Shown here piece by piece: positions 60,262 through 64,000 of a stretch of 64,000 nucleotides of DNA. The stretch comes from Dehalococcoidia bacterium (lineage in GTDB: Bacteria > Chloroflexota > Dehalococcoidia > Plut-88900): the NCBI GenBank assembly GCA_965249275.1, contig CBDFLQ010000005.1, positions 32,001-96,000 of the forward strand, written 5' to 3'. Position numbers and translations under genes: made by a program. The notes under the pieces were generated by a model that was not told the origin of the DNA, did no database searches, and worked only from the letters and a program-made list of their open reading frames with translations. How positions within the stretch are numbered: the first letter of the stretch is position 1; the number at the start of each line of letters is the position of its first letter.

Positions 60262-61329
60262 TTGACTAGGACTACCATCAAACTGAAAGTCGTTCAGGAT
60301 ACCTGCCTCGGACATACTGTGTTCAGAGGGTCAGCGCCCGCTAAGGATATCGTAGAAGCGGGGTGGATAGACTTCCATGATCCAGACCAGAATCCCCTAG
60401 GGTATCAACGTGCTTTTGACAAAACTCGAAGTGAAAAGGCTCGCATATATGCTGAAGGCACAGCTGACGCTTTTTGGCCCGAGTCTATTCTCGCAATTCG
60501 AAGCGATGCCGACCTCCTAGAGGAGGAAGAGGTTGAATGGACGTTTACTCCGGACAGTCCAACAAATGACCATTACGGCACCTTAGAGGTCACTTACACA
60601 CACGAATTGACAAGTAATATAAACGGTGAGGATGTGCCTTGGCGTAGGGCCTTCTCTCAGGTCGACTGCCAACATCGGCTGGGTTCGATGCGCGATTCAG
60701 ACAAGCCCATCACCTTCTGCGTGATTCCGGGAATCAGTCGGCACCAGGAGGCAACATTATTTCAAGTTATCAATAAGAACCAGAAGGGCATTTCAACCTC
60801 CTTGGTGGATACCATAATCTTACTTACTGTTCCTAATCCCACTAACCATATGCTGTGGGCTCGGGATCTCGATGCTGACTTGGCCAGCCCTTTCCACGGT
60901 CTTGTAGACACGGGCGGGCGCGGAAGAAAAAACACCCTAATTACATTTCGCGGCCTTCGGAACAGCCTACAGCAACTGATTCCATCCAGGTACGTCGGCA
61001 ACGGTAGCATCGACTACCAGCAGGGATATACGTTCGCCCGGAATTATTGGCAAGCTGTACATGACGAATGGCCAAAAGAGTTCGGCGATAAGAGCGCGTA
61101 TAAGATGATGGTTAACCCTGGTGTGCTGGCTCTGTCACGCCTTGGTCGACTACTCTTCGAATCCAAGGTCGACGTCCAAGACTTCGGGAAATCTTCGATT
61201 GCAACCTATCTGCAAGGAGGTAAGCCCGATGTAGATTGGTCGGTGGCTGGCCCTTTCAAGGACGCAACAGGGAAGGGTGCCGTAAAGCTGGTGTTTAACC
61301 AGCTCAAGCAATGGTTCGGCACGCCTTGA
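60262..61329 (+). CDS. DGQHR-domain (DndB-like, ParB superfamily) protein, DCQHR variant
   Basis: GYQR, SQVDCQHRL, EATLFQVINKNQKGI. Confidence 0.8.
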   Translation: MTRTTIKLKVVQDTCLGHTVFRGSAPAKDIVEAGWIDFHDPDQNPLGYQRAFDKTRSEKARIYAEGTADAFWPESILAIRSDADLLEEEEVEWTFTPDSPTNDHYGTLEVTYTHELTSNINGEDVPWRRAFSQVDCQHRLGSMRDSDKPITFCVIPGISRHQEATLFQVINKNQKGISTSLVDTIILLTVPNPTNHMLWARDLDADLASPFHGLVDTGGRGRKNTLITFRGLRNSLQQLIPSRYVGNGSIDYQQGYTFARNYWQAVHDEWPKEFGDKSAYKMMVNPGVLALSRLGRLLFESKVDVQDFGKSSIATYLQGGKPDVDWSVAGPFKDATGKGAVKLVFNQLKQWFGTP

Positions 61330-61354
61330 TGTCCGCAAGCCTGGACAGCGCCTC

Positions 61355-62224
61355 ATGAGCGCTATCGTAGTAGGCAACGCAGCTTCTGTCCTCAATAGGA
61401 TTCCAGCGGGATTGGCCCAAGCCTGCATCACCAGCCCGCCGTATTGGGGTCTGCGTGACTATGAATTGGCCCAACAGATTGGAAGCGAGGATAATTTATC
61501 CACCTACCTTCGCCGTCTTGCTCGCGTCTTCGCGAAACTAAGAGCCGTAGTGAGGCCTGACGGCGTTCTGTGGCTGAACATAGGTGACACCTATACCAGC
61601 GGAAACAGAGGGTGGCGAGCTGAGGACAAACGGAATCCCGCTAGGGCAAGAGGCTGGAGGCCCGACAACCCTCCGGGAATGAAGAATAAAGAGCTTGTTG
61701 GCCTTCCGTGGGAGTTAGCGCGGGTCATCCGCCGACGAGGTTGGTACCTTCGCTCTGAAATTATCTGGCAGAAAACCAACAACCAACCTGAATCGGTGAA
61801 GGATCGTCCGACAAGATCCCATGAACAACTCTTCTTATTCTCTAACGCAGAACAGTACTATTACAACAGTCAAGAAATCGCTGAGCCTGCGAACGGTGAC
61901 GGACGGACGAAGAACCGCAGATCAGTGTGGCCTTTACAAACTGAACCGTTCAACGGAAATCACTTTGCCGTCTTCCCGACTGAATTGGTGCGGTTGTGTA
62001 TTCTTGCCAGCACCCGTCAGGGCGACCTCGTTATAGACCCCTTTTTCGGATCTGGAACTGTCGGGGTAGTTTGTCGGGAACTAGGAAGACGTTTCCTAGG
62101 CATTGAACTAAACTCCGAATACGCCGAAATCGCTAGAACTCGCCTTGAGCTTCCACCCGAGTCCGTTATTAGGTCCCGCGCGACGGATTTGAGTTCGATA
62201 TTGTCTTTGCTGAACACCAACTAA
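61355..62224 (+). CDS. Site-specific DNA methyltransferase (beta class)
   Basis: TSPPYWGLRDY, PESVKDRPT, HFAVFP, DPFFGSGT. Confidence 0.93.
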   Translation: MSAIVVGNAASVLNRIPAGLAQACITSPPYWGLRDYELAQQIGSEDNLSTYLRRLARVFAKLRAVVRPDGVLWLNIGDTYTSGNRGWRAEDKRNPARARGWRPDNPPGMKNKELVGLPWELARVIRRRGWYLRSEIIWQKTNNQPESVKDRPTRSHEQLFLFSNAEQYYYNSQEIAEPANGDGRTKNRRSVWPLQTEPFNGNHFAVFPTELVRLCILASTRQGDLVIDPFFGSGTVGVVCRELGRRFLGIELNSEYAEIARTRLELPPESVIRSRATDLSSILSLLNTN

Positions 62225-62394
62225 ACCTAGTGTGGTTGGCACCGCTCGGAAATCTAGTCATCGAGCCTTGCCTAACGCCCCTATTGGGTCTACATTCGAT
62301 ACGGAACGTGGAAGACTCGGTCGGCTGATACCCCCCACCCCCCCCACCCCTCCAAGTCCCCCTCCCAAAGAATCCCCCAGCAGCCCCCCAACCC

Positions 62395-64000
62395 CTACGG
62401 TGTGAAAACGTCCCCTGGAAGGTTCTCCCGGAGATTCCCCCACCACCCGCGGTCCACTCCGTAATGGACCACGTATCCCGCTTCCTCATCCTCCCCGATC
62501 CTTCCGGCCATGCGAACGCGCTCGCCTACGAAAACCCCCTCAAAGACTTCCTCCGGTCCACGGACCAGCACCCACTGCAGGTAATCTCCCCGGTCCATCT
62601 CTACCACCAGCTCGCCGACGTCCTGCGACACCACCTCCCCGTCAACGCTCACGCACTCATCCAGGATCACGTCAAGCAGCACAAGTAACGACCCGGGTGG
62701 CGGGATAGTCGGAGAGTTCTCCGGACACGGTTCGACAGCCGGTGAGACCAGGTTGTAGCCGACCACGGCCGCCGCGACCAGCACCCCCACGCCGAGCAGC
62801 CGGAACACCCACTTGCAGCACCTGCCGCACCCCCCTCCGCCCTTCGGCGGCTCCTCTACCTGCCCCGCAACCCGGAACTTCCGATAGTCCAGCGGCGAAC
62901 TCGATGGATCTGTCATTGTTTCCCCTCGCGCCTCCGTCTCAGGCGTGATGCCCTCAGTTAGTGGTCTCTCATACACCGTTCCCCCACCGACCTCGCTGTT
63001 CGCCGTCCTTTCAGCCTCCTCGATGTACCGCATCAGTTCCTGTTCTGCCTCGCTGCCTGGCCCCGCAGCCGCTTCTACCGCGCTTGCCGACCGTCCAGCG
63101 AGACCCCACGCCGGTGCGGACATAAAGCCGTGATAGGCTGCGCCCAGGTCGTGAGCCCCCAGGGAGGCTGCCTCACCTGAGCCGAACCATGATGGAGCCG
63201 GCGCCGAGACGTCCAGCCAGGGCTTAGCTGCATCCAGTGCGACTGCATAGGCCAACATGGAGTCGGACTCGTCCCGGCCTTGCTCCTGGTCGGGTCCGGG
63301 CAGGGATTCTTTCAAACCAAGCCACTGACCTATCTCATATGCCCCAGCGTCCGTTGGCTGCAGCTTACCCACGTTCGTCGGCGTCGCAACCAACAAATAT
63401 ATGAAGCCGATCGCCGCGCCGACCAGGGAGTTCGCCCACCATTGGGACAGCCATAAAGCCGTCCAAAACCCGCCGCCAACGCCGATCAAAATCCCGGCCA
63501 ATGCTTCCAGTTCGAATCCATCACTCCCATGTTTCCTCATTACCCGCATCGCGTTGTCATCGAAGAAGCCTCGGTCCTGGAGGTACTTCCCCAACTGGTC
63601 GCCGATGACATCCTCCCGCTCGTTTATCACGTCATGCAGCTCTTGAATCGTTGTGGGGCGCGCTGGCAATCTGTTGCATATCAACTGCTCCCAGTCAAAC
63701 TGCGCGGACCCCTTCTTCGACAGCCGGTACCGGTAGCTGCTACCTGTTCCGACGCACTCCAATTGCAGCGTGCCGCGCTGGCACATCTCGACTATCGCCG
63801 CCAGCAGCGTTCGGTCGCTGACCGTCCGGCCTTCCAGCACCGATACTGCCGCCGCCGACAGTTCGCTCGGCTGCTTGGTTACCGGCTCCGATGAGCCCGG
63901 ATACTTGATCTCCTTCCAGGACCGGTACTTGCGCCACAGCAACAGTGAGAACAGCACCCCGACGCCCACGCCAATCGTCCGGAAGCCCCAGGCCGTCAGC
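62395..64000 (-). CDS. DUF2207-like membrane protein with extra C-terminal domain (5' end off window)
   Basis: P..LSAA.VS.L, LLAAIVEM..RG, LAYAVAL, PSWF. Confidence 0.7.
   Translation of the reverse strand, partial: LTAWGFRTIGVGVGVLFSLLLWRKYRSWKEIKYPGSSEPVTKQPSELSAAAVSVLEGRTVSDRTLLAAIVEMCQRGTLQLECVGTGSSYRYRLSKKGSAQFDWEQLICNRLPARPTTIQELHDVINEREDVIGDQLGKYLQDRGFFDDNAMRVMRKHGSDGFELEALAGILIGVGGGFWTALWLSQWWANSLVGAAIGFIYLLVATPTNVGKLQPTDAGAYEIGQWLGLKESLPGPDQEQGRDESDSMLAYAVALDAAKPWLDVSAPAPSWFGSGEAASLGAHDLGAAYHGFMSAPAWGLAGRSASAVEAAAGPGSEAEQELMRYIEEAERTANSEVGGGTVYERPLTEGITPETEARGETMTDPSSSPLDYRKFRVAGQVEEPPKGGGGCGRCCKWVFRLLGVGVLVAAAVVGYNLVSPAVEPCPENSPTIPPPGSLLVLLDVILDECVSVDGEVVSQDVGELVVEMDRGDYLQWVLVRGPEEVFEGVFVGERVRMAGRIGEDEEAGYVVHYGVDRGWWGNLRENLPGDVFTP

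Overview
GC-rich bacterial chromosomal segment, most consistent with Chloroflexota/Dehalococcoidia (SAR202-like), inferred from the LLM/F420-type oxidoreductases, amidohydrolases, GuaB3 and GlnRS. A catabolic backbone (acyl-CoA dehydrogenase, amidohydrolases, enoyl-CoA hydratase, SDR, aminotransferase, ureohydrolase, GDH, and a mobA-AOR-nuoE-nuoF-fdhF operon) is interrupted every few kb by small, more AT-rich defence-type inserts. These are two type II R-M pairs in and directly after the fdh operon, a NYN RNase with a structured leader, CapRel, two AbrB-PIN TA pairs, a DUF1828-type pair, a trypsin-TIR-membrane operon, a YaaC-like gene and a DGQHR-MTase pair. Other highlights are an unannotated UxxC selenoprotein, an AOR homologue lacking all four [4Fe-4S] cysteines, an NCS2 permease fused to an RsbW-like domain near STAS/GPP34/Cache genes, several families of intergenic palindromes, and a 132-bp MITE inserted in a REP-like palindrome. 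No rRNA, tRNA, CRISPR array or intact transposase/integrase was seen. All family calls come from motif recognition, not database searches.
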